DNA from: an uncultured bacterium
Lineage (GTDB): Bacteria > Chloroflexota > UBA5177 > JANWHV01
Reading direction: 5' to 3'
DNA length: 64,000 bases
NCBI GenBank assembly: GCA_963827235.1
Contig: CAWHAE010000012.1
Location: 192,001 to 256,000, forward strand
Shown here: in pieces, positions 39,513-49,799 of the stretch
How the letters are laid out: each line of letters opens with the position of its first letter
Position numbering within the stretch: position 1 is the stretch's first letter
Translations under genes and position numbers: made by a program
The notes under the pieces: generated by a model
Databases searched by the model: none
The model's input: only the letters and a program-made list of their open reading frames with translations
Told to the model about the DNA's origin: nothing

Positions 39513-39789
39513 CGCATCCCCTTGCGCGCCGGCGACCCCAGGCTTGCGGCCGAAAGCCGCGCTAGAACCGGCGCCTGAACTCCCGCGCAACGTCAATAAT
39601 CGGCACAGTGCCCTGATGCTTCAAGTGTCGTTTGGCCCAACAAGCTGGGGCCATGGTGCCCATGAGCGACGCCGCGGAGCCTGGAAACGATTACAGGCAA
39701 ACCGTCTCATCCGGCGCTCTCGCGTACTGCTCCACTGGTGCGGCTCGCGAGCGGGGATGGGCTGCAACCCGCAGGTCGATCGAAGCACG

Positions 39790-39856
39790 CTCTTGGCAAC
39801 TTCTTAGCGTCTTCTTAGGCAATTCTTATCGAGCGGCTGCCGGTGTTGTGTACAGT
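39790..39856 (+). promoter_or_regulatory. 11-bp-periodic direct repeats (OmpR/PhoB-like site) with downstream -10
   Basis: CTCTTG/TTCTTA/TTCTTA/TTCTTA at 39790, 39801, 39812, 39823; TACAGT at 39851. Confidence 0.55.
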
Positions 39857-40208
39857 AAGAAACGCGGCTGACATGTGAGGCCGCGATGTGTCGCCGCATC
39901 GTGGGTAGACCCGGCCCCATGCGGTGGCACAGAGATCGGTCAACACGCGCAACTGGGTTCCCGGCGTCACCCGGAGGTCGTCAACTCCCCGCTCGGCCGC
40001 CCTGGATGGCGTTGACTACGCCCGGTCCTTGGGCACGGACCACGCCGATGCCGCCGCTCACGCCCGCTTCTACGCTCGCGCTGCCGCCCGGCGGCGAGAT
40101 CGCCATGTAGCCGCCTCGAGACTGAGATTGGGCTGTGCTGCCATTCCCTGCACCGGGTACCATCCCCTTTGGCTGCCGACGCTGGTCACGTACATCCGAG
40201 GAGAGTCA

Positions 40209-41099
40209 ATGAGATTCGGCGCAGTCTTTCCCCACACCGAGTTCGGCACAGACCCTGACGCCCTGCGCGACTATGCCCAGACCGCCGAAGCCCTGGGTTT
40301 CAGCCACATAGGCGCCGACGACCACGTCATCGGACCTAACCCAAACCGGCCCGGCGGCTGGACGGGTTGGGTGACCAACAAGACCGCTTTCTACGAGCCG
40401 CTCGTGCTGTTCGGCTTCATGGCGGCGGTGACACGCCGCCTGGCGTTCACTACCTGGGTGCTGCTCTTGCCTGAGCGCCAGACGGTGCTGGTCGCCAAGC
40501 AGGCCGCTACGCTCGACATCCTGAGCGGAGGACGGCTGCGGCTGGGGTTGGGCATAGGCTGGAACGAGATCGAGTACATCGCCATGGGGGCCGATATGCG
40601 CAGTCGCGCGGTGAGGCTGGAAGAGCAGGTGCACCTGCTGCGGCAGCTGTGGACCGAGGAGTCGGTGGATTACAGGGGCCGCTGGCACACTATCCCAAAT
40701 GCCGGGTGCAGCCCGCTCCCGGTGCAGCGCCCGATCCCGATCTGGTTCGGCGGGCAGTCCGAGGCTGCGATCGGTCGCGTCGCACGGCTGGGCGATGGCT
40801 GGATGCCGCTCTATGCCGATGCCCACGAGGCCCAACCCGGCCTGGATCTGCTGGACCGTTATCTCGAGGCAGCCGGGCGCAGCCGCGCCGGTATAGGCCT
40901 GGAAGCGCGCATCCCGTATGGGTCAGGTGACCCGGCGGTTTGGCAGCGCCTGCTGCGGGACTGGCAGGCCGCGGGCGCCACCCACGCCGTCTTGCAGACC
41001 ACCGATTGCGGCCTTGCGACGCCGGCCGCCCACATGGCGGCGCTTCGTCGCTTTGCCGAGACCGTCGGTCTGGGAGCCGGTACCCTTCCATCCAGTTGA
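40209..41099 (+). CDS. LLM class F420-dependent oxidoreductase
   Basis: MRFGAVFP, DHVIG, EPLVLFG, LVAKQAATLD, GIGWN, IPIWFGG; GAGGAG RBS. Confidence 0.88.
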   Translation: MRFGAVFPHTEFGTDPDALRDYAQTAEALGFSHIGADDHVIGPNPNRPGGWTGWVTNKTAFYEPLVLFGFMAAVTRRLAFTTWVLLLPERQTVLVAKQAATLDILSGGRLRLGLGIGWNEIEYIAMGADMRSRAVRLEEQVHLLRQLWTEESVDYRGRWHTIPNAGCSPLPVQRPIPIWFGGQSEAAIGRVARLGDGWMPLYADAHEAQPGLDLLDRYLEAAGRSRAGIGLEARIPYGSGDPAVWQRLLRDWQAAGATHAVLQTTDCGLATPAAHMAALRRFAETVGLGAGTLPSS

Positions 41100-41154
41100 C
41101 GGTACCCTGGACTGTGGCGGCGAACACCGGGTGTGCTGACTGGTTGATAGTTGT

Positions 41155-41592
41155 ATGGATCCCGTCGAGAAGCTCATCCTCGAAGCCCAGGAGCGCGGAG
41201 ATTTCGATAACCTGCCCGGCGCGGGCAAGCCGCTCGACCTCTCAGAGAACCCATTCGTACCGGCGGACTGGCGAATGGCCTACCGTCTGCTGGCCAAGAG
41301 CGGCCACGCTCCGGATGTGGTCGAAGCCGACAAAGAGAATCGTGCTCGCATAGCCAAGCTGGAGCAACGCCTCGATCGGTTCGTTCGCCGCTGGCAGGGC
41401 CTTTCGCCCCAGGAGCGGCGCGCGAAGGGCGTGGAACGCGAGCAGCGGCTCGCCGAGTATGCCGATGAGATCCGCCAGATCAACCGCCAGATTGACGCCT
41501 ACAATTCCTACGCGCCCCGAGCAATGAGCCGCGGCACGCTTCTGCCCGACGCGATGCTGCGCGCCGCCCGGGCACGCTTGCCTCTCGACTGA
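41155..41592 (+). CDS. DUF1992 domain protein
   Basis: EAQERGDFDNLPGAGKPL. Confidence 0.88.
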   Translation: MDPVEKLILEAQERGDFDNLPGAGKPLDLSENPFVPADWRMAYRLLAKSGHAPDVVEADKENRARIAKLEQRLDRFVRRWQGLSPQERRAKGVEREQRLAEYADEIRQINRQIDAYNSYAPRAMSRGTLLPDAMLRAARARLPLD

Positions 41593-41622
41593 CTCGTGTC
41601 CGGACGCGGATTCCCATCTTGC

Positions 41623-41754
41623 CTGCTGGGTCTGGCGGGCGGATGGGTGGCCGGCTCCTATGCCGCCCAGCGGCTGCCGGAGCCGATCGTACGGCGGCTC
41701 GTGCTGCTCGTCGCTACGCTGGGCGGCACGCTCGTCATGCTCAAGGCTCTGTAG
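41623..41754 (+). pseudogene. C-terminal remnant of a TauE/SafE-like membrane protein
   Basis: Manual translation LLGLAGGWVAGSYAAQRLPEPIVRRLVLLVATLGGTLVMLKAL*; no start. Confidence 0.5.
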
Positions 41755-41817
41755 CCGCAACGCCGGCAGGCCCGGAACGCTTGACGGATGCACTCCGCCT
41801 GTAGTGGGCGACCGCGC

Positions 41818-43725
41818 CTAATCCTCGGCCACCACGATGATGCGGTCGCCCTCGGTGAACGTGACCGGCTTCGATTTGTCCGGGTTGACGCACACGCCAT
41901 ACTGCGCCGCCGCGTCGGAGGCGGCGGCCAGGATGCGATAGCCGATGGCGACATGACCGCGCCGGCGCGCCGCGTCGACCACTGTGTAGAAGTTGACCGG
42001 CCGGTCGAGAACGACGTAGTTGTCGGCGGCCTTCAGATACAGCTCGGAACCGTCGGCGTCGAACAGATCGTTGAACACGGGCAGCAGCTCGCTGTTTTCG
42101 GAGATCTGGGAGAGCATGAGACTGACCAGCTGGTTGCTGACGATGAAGTCGTCGGCGTGTGTCACTTGGGCCAGTTCGCGATTGCGCACGTCGAGCATCT
42201 CGCTGACGATTGGGATGCGGGATCCAGCCCGCTCGAGGATGTCGCGCAGGTGAAGCAGGCTGATCAAGGTTCGCGCATCCGCCGCCTGCGGGTCGAGAGT
42301 CTCCGCGTAACTCATGGTGATCAGGTGGTCGTATCCGGTCACCTCCAGAGCGTCCAGCACTACCCGGCTGGTGGTGTCGGCTTCCTGGAAGGTCAGCGTC
42401 TGGTGCTTCAGCCCCTCTCCACTTGCCCGCACGCTCTCCTCCACGCCGGGACCCGTGGCGACAACCTTCACGTGCGATCCAGGTGCAACATAGTTGTCCA
42501 GCTCGGCAATCACCGTGCTGCCGCTGCGATTCCAACCCAGGATCAGGGTGCGCTCGGGCGCGGGCTCCGACTCGCGCGCCTCGCGGATCGCCGACTCGTC
42601 GACGGTGCCGGGATGTGTCGAGAGACGCACCGTGTCGTCGTCTTCCGACACCGCGATCACTGCATCGCCGGCAGCGATCACGGTGCCCATGGGGGGATTC
42701 AGGGCCACGCGGCCGTCGGCAAAGCGCAGGCCGATCACGGCGGAATCCTCGTACGCCAGCAGGGACTCGCCAAACGAGCGGCCGGCCAGAGCCGGCTCCC
42801 GCTGGAAGTAAATCTCGTCGCCGCCAAAATCGAGCAGCTCCGTGTAGACGACCGAGAGTCCGGACTGTCGGCAGGTTTGCACGATGATGCGCGCCACGAG
42901 GTCATCCGAGGCGACCACCTGGGCCTCGGCACGGCCGACCAGATTGGCGAGCTCCAGGTTCCGGCTGTCGTGAAGCTCGGCTACGATGTGGTACGGCTCC
43001 GGGCGGCGGTGCGGATTGTTGGTGATCGCCAGGATCGTCTTGATCACGTGCGCGTCCGGATCGTCGACTTCGGGCGTGGGCACGATGATTGCCCTGGAAG
43101 CGTGCGGATTGACCAGCTCCAGGTCGCTCAGGTCGATCGGATTGCCGGTGCGGCAGATGATGCGCGTGGTGCCCGTATTGCCCAGGCGCGCCCGAATCGC
43201 GTCCTCCATCTCCACCTTGTCGCGATCCGCCAGGATGGCAATTGCCGCTCGCCGCTGGTTTTGATTGGCGATCACCAGCTCGGAGAGGATGGTGAAGACC
43301 TGGGGCGACCAGCCGAGAATGACAGTGTGGTCTTGCTCGACCACCAGCGAGCGTCCCTTGCGCAGGCCGTCCAGACGACTGGAGATGCCGGTGGTGAGCA
43401 GACCGATCAGGATACTGGTCAGGAAGATACCGCCGAAGGTCGTGATCAGCAGCGCTGCCAGGGCGACGGCGCTGTTGTTGGCCACGTTCTCAATCTCGCC
43501 GGTATCCAGCGTGGTGAGCAGTCCCGTCCAGGCCATGCCCGGCACGGAGAGCGCGTGACCGTCGCTGCCCTCTGGGATCTGCCGCGTGATGGTCATGAAA
43601 GCCACGACGGCGACGAGCAGGGCGGCAGAGATGAGGAACAACAACCCAATGAGCACGATTGGACCGCGAGAAAGCAGATTGTCGAAACGATAGCGCATAC
43701 GTTCGGCACGAGAAAACTTACGCAT
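41818..43725 (-). CDS. CASTOR/POLLUX-like cation channel with RCK domains
   Basis: RYRFDN, TM-pore-TM, HTVILGW, QSGLSVVYTELLDFGGDEIY, GSELYLK, VNPDK. Confidence 0.88.
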   Translation of the reverse strand: MRKFSRAERMRYRFDNLLSRGPIVLIGLLFLISAALLVAVVAFMTITRQIPEGSDGHALSVPGMAWTGLLTTLDTGEIENVANNSAVALAALLITTFGGIFLTSILIGLLTTGISSRLDGLRKGRSLVVEQDHTVILGWSPQVFTILSELVIANQNQRRAAIAILADRDKVEMEDAIRARLGNTGTTRIICRTGNPIDLSDLELVNPHASRAIIVPTPEVDDPDAHVIKTILAITNNPHRRPEPYHIVAELHDSRNLELANLVGRAEAQVVASDDLVARIIVQTCRQSGLSVVYTELLDFGGDEIYFQREPALAGRSFGESLLAYEDSAVIGLRFADGRVALNPPMGTVIAAGDAVIAVSEDDDTVRLSTHPGTVDESAIREARESEPAPERTLILGWNRSGSTVIAELDNYVAPGSHVKVVATGPGVEESVRASGEGLKHQTLTFQEADTTSRVVLDALEVTGYDHLITMSYAETLDPQAADARTLISLLHLRDILERAGSRIPIVSEMLDVRNRELAQVTHADDFIVSNQLVSLMLSQISENSELLPVFNDLFDADGSELYLKAADNYVVLDRPVNFYTVVDAARRRGHVAIGYRILAAASDAAAQYGVCVNPDKSKPVTFTEGDRIIVVAED

Positions 43726-44234
43726 TGGCCCTCAATCCCGTCCCTATGGCAGGAGAATCGGCGAAAAGTGCGCTAACCGCGCAGCGTTACCTGAGCGTAG
43801 CGGCATGACTCCGCCATCGCAATGGCCCGTTGGTGTGGTGGCGCATCAGCAATCAGTGATCGCGTTTCCCGCGTCCGCGTGCACCGATTGCGCTGCCGGG
43901 GCAGCGTCAACCTGGCGGAAGGACCACGGTCTTCGCGCGCGCCGCAACCGGCCGCGGCCGGCCTCGCTCCTTCCCCGGCTCGTGGCTCGTCCCAGCCAGT
44001 CGCGGGCCGTTCTCCGGCCGCCATAGCTTGCGGTCCGATGGGCCCCGCGCAGCAATAGACGTGCTCGTGCCGCGCGCAGGGACGCGACGCGCCGCAGCCG
44101 GCGCCCTGGGCGGGAGGTCACCGTGCGCTCTGGCGCGAGCCACGGCGGACTACCGCGTGTGGTGCCTCGAGGCCGCGCCTTCCGGTGCTGGAGCTGCCCG
44201 ATTCGGCGCGCGCCCGCCTGCCTCGGGCGGCGTC

Positions 44235-45422
44235 TCAGCCTTCGTGAGCGGCCAGGGCGGCCCGTCCGAGCTCGTCGATCACCACGTCGTCCTGCGGAAA
44301 GTGGACGCGGCTGCACAGGATGTCCCGGTAGTGACGCTCGAGCGCGTTGTGCCGGGTCAAGCCTGGATTCCCGATCAGGGAAACGGCGTACTCCACGGAC
44401 CAGATAACGGCGCGGCCGACCAGCTGCTTCGTCGCTCGGGCCGCGGGGCCGGCACTTGGATCGCCGGCGTCGATGCGCGCCGCGGCGCCACGCAGCAGCT
44501 CGGCCGCTTCAATCAGCCGCGCTTCGATCTCCCCGACGGCAGTCTGGAAACGGGGTAGCGAGGCGAGAGGCTTGCCCAGGTTGGCCGGCACGCGCTCGTG
44601 CAGAAAGCGTACCAGCCAGGCCCGCGCCGCCTCCGCCACGCCGAGATAGATGGCGGGGAAGGCGACGTTGCCCCACAGTCGGGCACGCGGATCCTGGCTG
44701 GCGAGCGCCTGCCCCGGCTCGGCCAGCTCGACCACGGCATGTTCGGCGACGCGCACGTCGTCGAGGATGACGTCGTCGCCGCGGCTGGCGCGCAGGCCCA
44801 GGTGATCCCAGGTGCGATCGATTCGCACCCCGGGCGCGTCGCTCCGTACCGCGAACGATCCGACACGCGGCGCTTGCTCGTCCGTGCGCGCCAGGACAAG
44901 CATCCAGCGCAGTCCCGGCGCTCCCGTGGAGTAGACCTTGTGCCCTGAGATCCGCCAGTCTCGGCCGTCTGCGACCGCCTTCGAGACCGGCATGCCGCCG
45001 CGCGACGGCGTGCCGAGCGCCGGCTCTACCTGCAGGCTATTGAGCAGCGTCGGCCGCTGCTCGGATTCGGCCAGCACCTCGGCGTAGAGCCGCTCGGGCC
45101 AGGTGCCCTGGCGGGCCTGGCCGGCGTGCAACGCGATGGTGAATGCCGCGATCAGCGCCGCGGACGGGTCACCCCGCCCGAGCGCGCGCAGGATTCGCAG
45201 CGTGTCGGAGAGCGTGCCGCCCGGACCGCCGCACTGCCTGCCCACGGTAGAGGTCAGAACGCCGGCCCGGTGCAGCAGCTCGATGCTCTCGGCGGGAAAG
45301 TCCGCGCTCCGGTCGTAGCCGGGCGCCCGCTCCGCCAGGGCGCCGCTCAGCGCTTGGAGGATGTCGTCCGAAGGCAGAGCGGGAAAGCGAGGGCCGCCCT
45401 CCGGCGGCGGGAGATCGCTCAT
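44235..45422 (-). CDS. Acyl-CoA dehydrogenase family flavin monooxygenase (SfnB/DszC-like)
   Basis: GHKVYSTG, WDHLGLRAS, LERHYRD; located in LLM/flavin reductase operon. Confidence 0.85.
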   Translation of the reverse strand: MSDLPPPEGGPRFPALPSDDILQALSGALAERAPGYDRSADFPAESIELLHRAGVLTSTVGRQCGGPGGTLSDTLRILRALGRGDPSAALIAAFTIALHAGQARQGTWPERLYAEVLAESEQRPTLLNSLQVEPALGTPSRGGMPVSKAVADGRDWRISGHKVYSTGAPGLRWMLVLARTDEQAPRVGSFAVRSDAPGVRIDRTWDHLGLRASRGDDVILDDVRVAEHAVVELAEPGQALASQDPRARLWGNVAFPAIYLGVAEAARAWLVRFLHERVPANLGKPLASLPRFQTAVGEIEARLIEAAELLRGAAARIDAGDPSAGPAARATKQLVGRAVIWSVEYAVSLIGNPGLTRHNALERHYRDILCSRVHFPQDDVVIDELGRAALAAHEG

Positions 45423-45946
45423 ACCGTGTTCGTGACCGACCCGGTCACGGTCTGCGGGTTTCGAATCAGGTTCAGAATCAGACTCGATCGCTGCGCCGCC
45501 GCGTGCAGGCGTTCGAGATCCTCGGCGCTGGCAGTGGGCGCGCTGAGAGTCACCTCGTAGGTGATCTTCTGCGGCTCGACGATCGCCTCCGGAAAGTCCG
45601 GATCGCCGCCGCGCGGATCGACCTCGCCATTGACCGTGACCGAGAGTGAGTCCAGTGTTATGTCCAGTTCCGCCGCTTTCACCAGGAAGATATGGGTGAG
45701 GCAGCTACCCAGGGTTCCTAGCTGAAGCTGGCCCGACGATGGACCCAGCGTATAGCCGGCATAGTCGTACCCCGAATCCGAGAGCACCTGGAAGTCCCCC
45801 AGCCGGATACGGCGCACGCCGCTGCGGCCCTCCGCCGTGACCTGGGCGGTGATCTTGCCCCTGGGATAGTTGGCCTGCCGCGATTTCTCGCGCAATGCCG
45901 CGCGAGCCGCCTTCTTCTGCACGAGATACTCTGAGAGTCCGCTCAT
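45419..45946 (-). CDS. OsmC family protein (single Cys)
   Basis: GPSS..L..LGSCLTH; second Cys position reads SSLI. Confidence 0.8.
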   Translation of the reverse strand: MSGLSEYLVQKKAARAALREKSRQANYPRGKITAQVTAEGRSGVRRIRLGDFQVLSDSGYDYAGYTLGPSSGQLQLGTLGSCLTHIFLVKAAELDITLDSLSVTVNGEVDPRGGDPDFPEAIVEPQKITYEVTLSAPTASAEDLERLHAAAQRSSLILNLIRNPQTVTGSVTNTV

Positions 45947-45995
45947 CGCATTCTCCTCGCTGTCTTTCACTCTCTCGTCTCGACTATGCCCGGCC

Positions 45996-47108
45996 TCAGC
46001 CTGCCACGGCGAGCGCGGCCTGCGCCGCCGCGTGCTCGCGTCGCGCCACTTCCTCGCGCACCAGGGGGATGAGGTAGCGCCCGTAGTCGATGCAATCGTT
46101 CAGCGGCTCGTAGCCGCGGATCAAGAAGCTGGTAGCGCCGATATCCACATAGTCGAGAATGGCCTGGGCAACCGTTTCCGGCGTGCCCACCAGTGCCGTC
46201 GTGTTTCCGAAGGCGCCGGCCGCCGTCGCCGTGGCAGTGAACAGCGCCCGATCGTGGCGCTCACCGCGCTCGGCGACCGCGACCAGGCGCTCGCCTCCGA
46301 CGCTGCGCGGACGGGGAGTGCCCGCACCGCCTGCGGCCAGCCACCCGCTCCGCTCGATCTTGTTCACGATTTCGTAGGCGCGCTCCCAGGCGAGCTCCTC
46401 GGTGGGAGCGAGAATCGGGCGGAAGGAGACGCTGAAGGCAGGCCCTTCCGTGCGGCCGATCCCGCGGGCGATCTGCTTCACGTCCTCGATCGTGGCCCGT
46501 GTCTCCGCCAGCGGCTCGCCGAAGAGCATGTAGTTGTCCGCCTGCTTGGCGGCGACGATACGGGCCTCGGGGGAGGACCCGCCGAAGTAGATCGGGATGC
46601 CCGGCTTCTGATACGGCAGTACCTGGGAGCGCAGCTCTTCGAAGCGGTAGAACCTTCCCGTGTGGCTCAGCGGCTCCCGGCCCGACCACACGGCCTTGAA
46701 GATGTCGAGGTATTCGTCGGTCCTGGTGTAGCGCTCCTCCTTCGTCGTGTAGTCGCCGTCCAGGCGCATCTCCGCGTCCGCGCCGCCGGTGACGATGTTC
46801 AGCGCCAGGCGCCCCTCGTGCAGCACGTCGAACGAGGCGAAGATCCGCGCCGCGTAGGTCGGCTGTATGAATCCCGGCCTGTAGGCGATCAGGAAGCGCA
46901 GGCGCTCCGTCTGCGCCGCGGCGTAGGCTGCCACCTGCACGCTGTCTGCCCTGCTGGATCCGTAGCCGACAAGGGCGCTGTCGAACCCGCCGTCCTCGTG
47001 TGCACGCGCTATCCGGCGCAGGTAGTCGCGATCCACGATCGGCAGTTTGTGCGGGTGGATTTCCGAATTGTCGTGTGTGAAAAGACTACCGATGAACTCT
47101 ACGGGCAT
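45996..47108 (-). CDS. LLM class flavin-dependent monooxygenase (SsuD-like)
   Basis: FLIAYRPG, GRLALNIVTG, IYFGGSS, ALVGTPE. Confidence 0.9.
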   Translation of the reverse strand: MPVEFIGSLFTHDNSEIHPHKLPIVDRDYLRRIARAHEDGGFDSALVGYGSSRADSVQVAAYAAAQTERLRFLIAYRPGFIQPTYAARIFASFDVLHEGRLALNIVTGGADAEMRLDGDYTTKEERYTRTDEYLDIFKAVWSGREPLSHTGRFYRFEELRSQVLPYQKPGIPIYFGGSSPEARIVAAKQADNYMLFGEPLAETRATIEDVKQIARGIGRTEGPAFSVSFRPILAPTEELAWERAYEIVNKIERSGWLAAGGAGTPRPRSVGGERLVAVAERGERHDRALFTATATAAGAFGNTTALVGTPETVAQAILDYVDIGATSFLIRGYEPLNDCIDYGRYLIPLVREEVARREHAAAQAALAVAG

Positions 47109-47136
47109 GGTGTGGTCCCTTTCTCACCAGTTCTGC

Positions 47137-48840
47137 TCAGCTCGTCATCCGTGTGGAAGCCTCTGCCTTTGCCGCCGGCCGGTCTGCCCGGCGCCTGCCC
47201 GGGATCGCCTCGACGAGCTCCTGGGTGTAGGCGTGGGCGGGATGCTCCAGCACCTCGCCGGTCGGCCCCGACTCCACGATCTTTCCTTTCCGCATGACGG
47301 CGACGCGATCCGATATCTGCCTGACTACTCCCAGGTCGTGCGAGATGAAGAGGTAGCTCAGTCCCAGGGCACCCTGCAGATCGACCAGCAGCTCGAGGAT
47401 CTGCGCCTGTACGGATACGTCCAGCGACGAGACCGGCTCGTCGCAGACCACGAGGTCCGGTTCCAGGGCCAGCGCGCGGGCGATCGCCACGCGCTGCCGC
47501 TGCCCGCCTGACAGCTCCCGCGGCTTGCGCTCGCGGAGCGTGGGCGACAGCGCGACCATCTCCAGGAGCTTCCCCACCCGGTCTCGCCGGGCTCGTCGAT
47601 CGCCGATCCGGAAGGCGCGGAGCGGCTCATCAATCAGCTCGGCCACCGAGAACCGTGGATTGAGCGAGTCAAACGGATTCTGAAATACGATCTGCATCTT
47701 TCGCCGCAGCCGCCGTATCTCCTGCCTGTCGGCGGTCGCCAGGTCGACGCCGTGCACCAGTACCGAGCCTGCGGTCGGCCGATCCAGGCCGAGGACGAGC
47801 CGCGCCGTGGTCGACTTCCCCGATCCGGATTCCCCGACCAGGCTCAGGGTCTCGCCGCGCGTGATCTGCAGGCTCACGCCGTCGAGGGCCCGAACCGTCT
47901 CGCGCTTTCCCTCGCTCGCCGGTAGCTCGTACTCCTTCACGAGGTTGTCGATCACCAGCAGCGGCTCCACGGCTCCGGCCCGGCCGTGCGCCGGCGACGC
48001 CGTCGCCTGAACGCGCGGCACGAGCCTCGCCCCGTGCAGGCTGGGTGCCTTGGCGATGAGCTGCCGGCTGTACGCATGCCGCGGCGCGCACAGCACGTCG
48101 GAGGCGACGCCGTGCTCGACGAGCTGTCCGTTCTGCATGACCAGGATCCTTTGCGCGCGATCGGCAGCTACTGCCAGGTCGTGCGTGATCAGGAGCACGG
48201 CGGTCCGCGATGACGCGGTGAGCGCCGCGATGCGATCCAGGATCTGCCTCTGCACCGTGACGTCCAGCGCGCTCGTCGGCTCGTCCGCGATCAGGAGTCG
48301 CGGCCGGCAGGCCAGGCCGATGGCGATCAGCACCCGCTGCCGCAGGCCGCCGGAGAGCTCGTGTGGATACTGCAGGGCGCGCCGATCCGGATCGGGAATC
48401 CCGGCCTCGCGCAGCGCCTCCACTGCCTGGCTCCGCGCCGTGCTTCGAGTGGCCATGCCATGGATCCGCAGCACCTCCGCCACCTGGTGACCTACCCTGT
48501 GGGTGGGCGTCAGCGACACCATGGGATCCTGCGGGATGAAGCCGATTTCCTTTCCGCGCACGGTACGCCACGCCCGTTCGCCCAGCCCGGTTACCTGCCG
48601 GCCCTGAAATGTAATCGCACCCGACAATATTCGCCCGCCGGCGGGCAGGAGGCCGATCAGCGCGTGGGCCGTCGAGCTCTTTCCCGATCCCGATTCGCCG
48701 ACCACGGCCACGACCTCTCCCGGGAATACGGAGAAGGAAAGGTCGCGCACGGCTGCCACCGTGCGCCGGGCGCTGCGATACGAGATGGTCAGAGCGCGGA
48801 CGTCGAGCACGGCACGGTCCTCTGCCCTCTCGCGGATCAT
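47137..48840 (-). CDS. Peptide/nickel-type ABC transporter ATPase (two NBDs)
   Basis: Two GESGSGKS, LSGG and DEP motifs. Confidence 0.95.
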   Translation of the reverse strand: MIRERAEDRAVLDVRALTISYRSARRTVAAVRDLSFSVFPGEVVAVVGESGSGKSSTAHALIGLLPAGGRILSGAITFQGRQVTGLGERAWRTVRGKEIGFIPQDPMVSLTPTHRVGHQVAEVLRIHGMATRSTARSQAVEALREAGIPDPDRRALQYPHELSGGLRQRVLIAIGLACRPRLLIADEPTSALDVTVQRQILDRIAALTASSRTAVLLITHDLAVAADRAQRILVMQNGQLVEHGVASDVLCAPRHAYSRQLIAKAPSLHGARLVPRVQATASPAHGRAGAVEPLLVIDNLVKEYELPASEGKRETVRALDGVSLQITRGETLSLVGESGSGKSTTARLVLGLDRPTAGSVLVHGVDLATADRQEIRRLRRKMQIVFQNPFDSLNPRFSVAELIDEPLRAFRIGDRRARRDRVGKLLEMVALSPTLRERKPRELSGGQRQRVAIARALALEPDLVVCDEPVSSLDVSVQAQILELLVDLQGALGLSYLFISHDLGVVRQISDRVAVMRKGKIVESGPTGEVLEHPAHAYTQELVEAIPGRRRADRPAAKAEASTRMTS

Positions 48841-49799
48841 CGAGGTGCCCTTTCGCCTTCAAAGGCACGCGCCAGGCGGTTCGCGGAGAGGACCGTGAGC
48901 ACGATCACCAGGCCGGGAAGCGTGGTGAGCCACCAGGCCGTGGCAAGGTAGTCGCGGCCGTCGGCGACCAGGGATCCCCATTCCGGCGTGGGCGGCTTCG
49001 CGCCGAGACCGAGAAAGCTGAGCGAGGCCACTGCAAGGATCGCCTGGCCGAATTCCAGCGCAGCCAGCACCAGCACCGGACCGGCGGCGTTGGGCAGGAC
49101 GTGCCGCCTCAGGATCGAAAACGCCGTCGATCCCGAGGCGCGCCCTGCCTCCACGTACGTCGACGTCGACACGCGCAGGACTTCCGACCGCATCACACGG
49201 GCGAAACCGGCGACGCTGGTAATGCCCACGGCAATGCCCACGTGCAGGGTGCCGAACCCCAGCGCGGAGACGATGGCCAGGGCGAGGATCAGGCTGGGCA
49301 CCGCGAGCATGACCTCCATGCAGCGCATCACGGCATCTTCGATCCAGCCTCCGAGGTAGCCCGCCGTCAGCCCCAGGCTGCTGCCGATCACCAGGCCCAG
49401 CAGCACGGCAAGCAGCGTCGCCTGCAGCGTCAGACTCGTGCCGTAGATCACCCGCGTGAGCTCGTCGCGGCCGAGCACGTCGGTGCCGAACCAGTGCGCC
49501 GGACTGGGTGCCAGCAGGCTATCGTTCGGGTTGCCGGCCAATGGGTTCCGGCCGGAGAACAATCCCGGCACGAAAGCCCAGGCGATCACGACGGCCGTCA
49601 CCAGTGCGGACAGGACGAGCTCGATCCGGCGAGCCAGGAACGGCGCCGCGTCGACTGCGCCCCGCCTCAGGAAGCTCGAGGGCCGTTCGCCCCGTCGCAC
49701 CGTCGAGCCTGCCGCCGAGATCGCGCTGTTTCTCCGGTGCCGCGGCGCCCAGCATGAGCTCAGACATGGAGCCACCTGACTTCCCGTATCATCGTGCAC
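48837..49799 (-). CDS. ABC transporter permease (DppC-like); 5' end uncertain
   Basis: HWFGTDVLGRD, HVLPNA, LSFLGLG..PEWG. Confidence 0.9.
   Translation of the reverse strand: MHDDTGSQVAPCLSSCWAPRHRRNSAISAAGSTVRRGERPSSFLRRGAVDAAPFLARRIELVLSALVTAVVIAWAFVPGLFSGRNPLAGNPNDSLLAPSPAHWFGTDVLGRDELTRVIYGTSLTLQATLLAVLLGLVIGSSLGLTAGYLGGWIEDAVMRCMEVMLAVPSLILALAIVSALGFGTLHVGIAVGITSVAGFARVMRSEVLRVSTSTYVEAGRASGSTAFSILRRHVLPNAAGPVLVLAALEFGQAILAVASLSFLGLGAKPPTPEWGSLVADGRDYLATAWWLTTLPGLVIVLTVLSANRLARAFEGERAPR

Noticed and set aside
45419-45946. Selenocysteine at the missing OsmC Cys position
   Set aside because: The codons are TCG AGT (Ser-Ser); there is no in-frame TGA.
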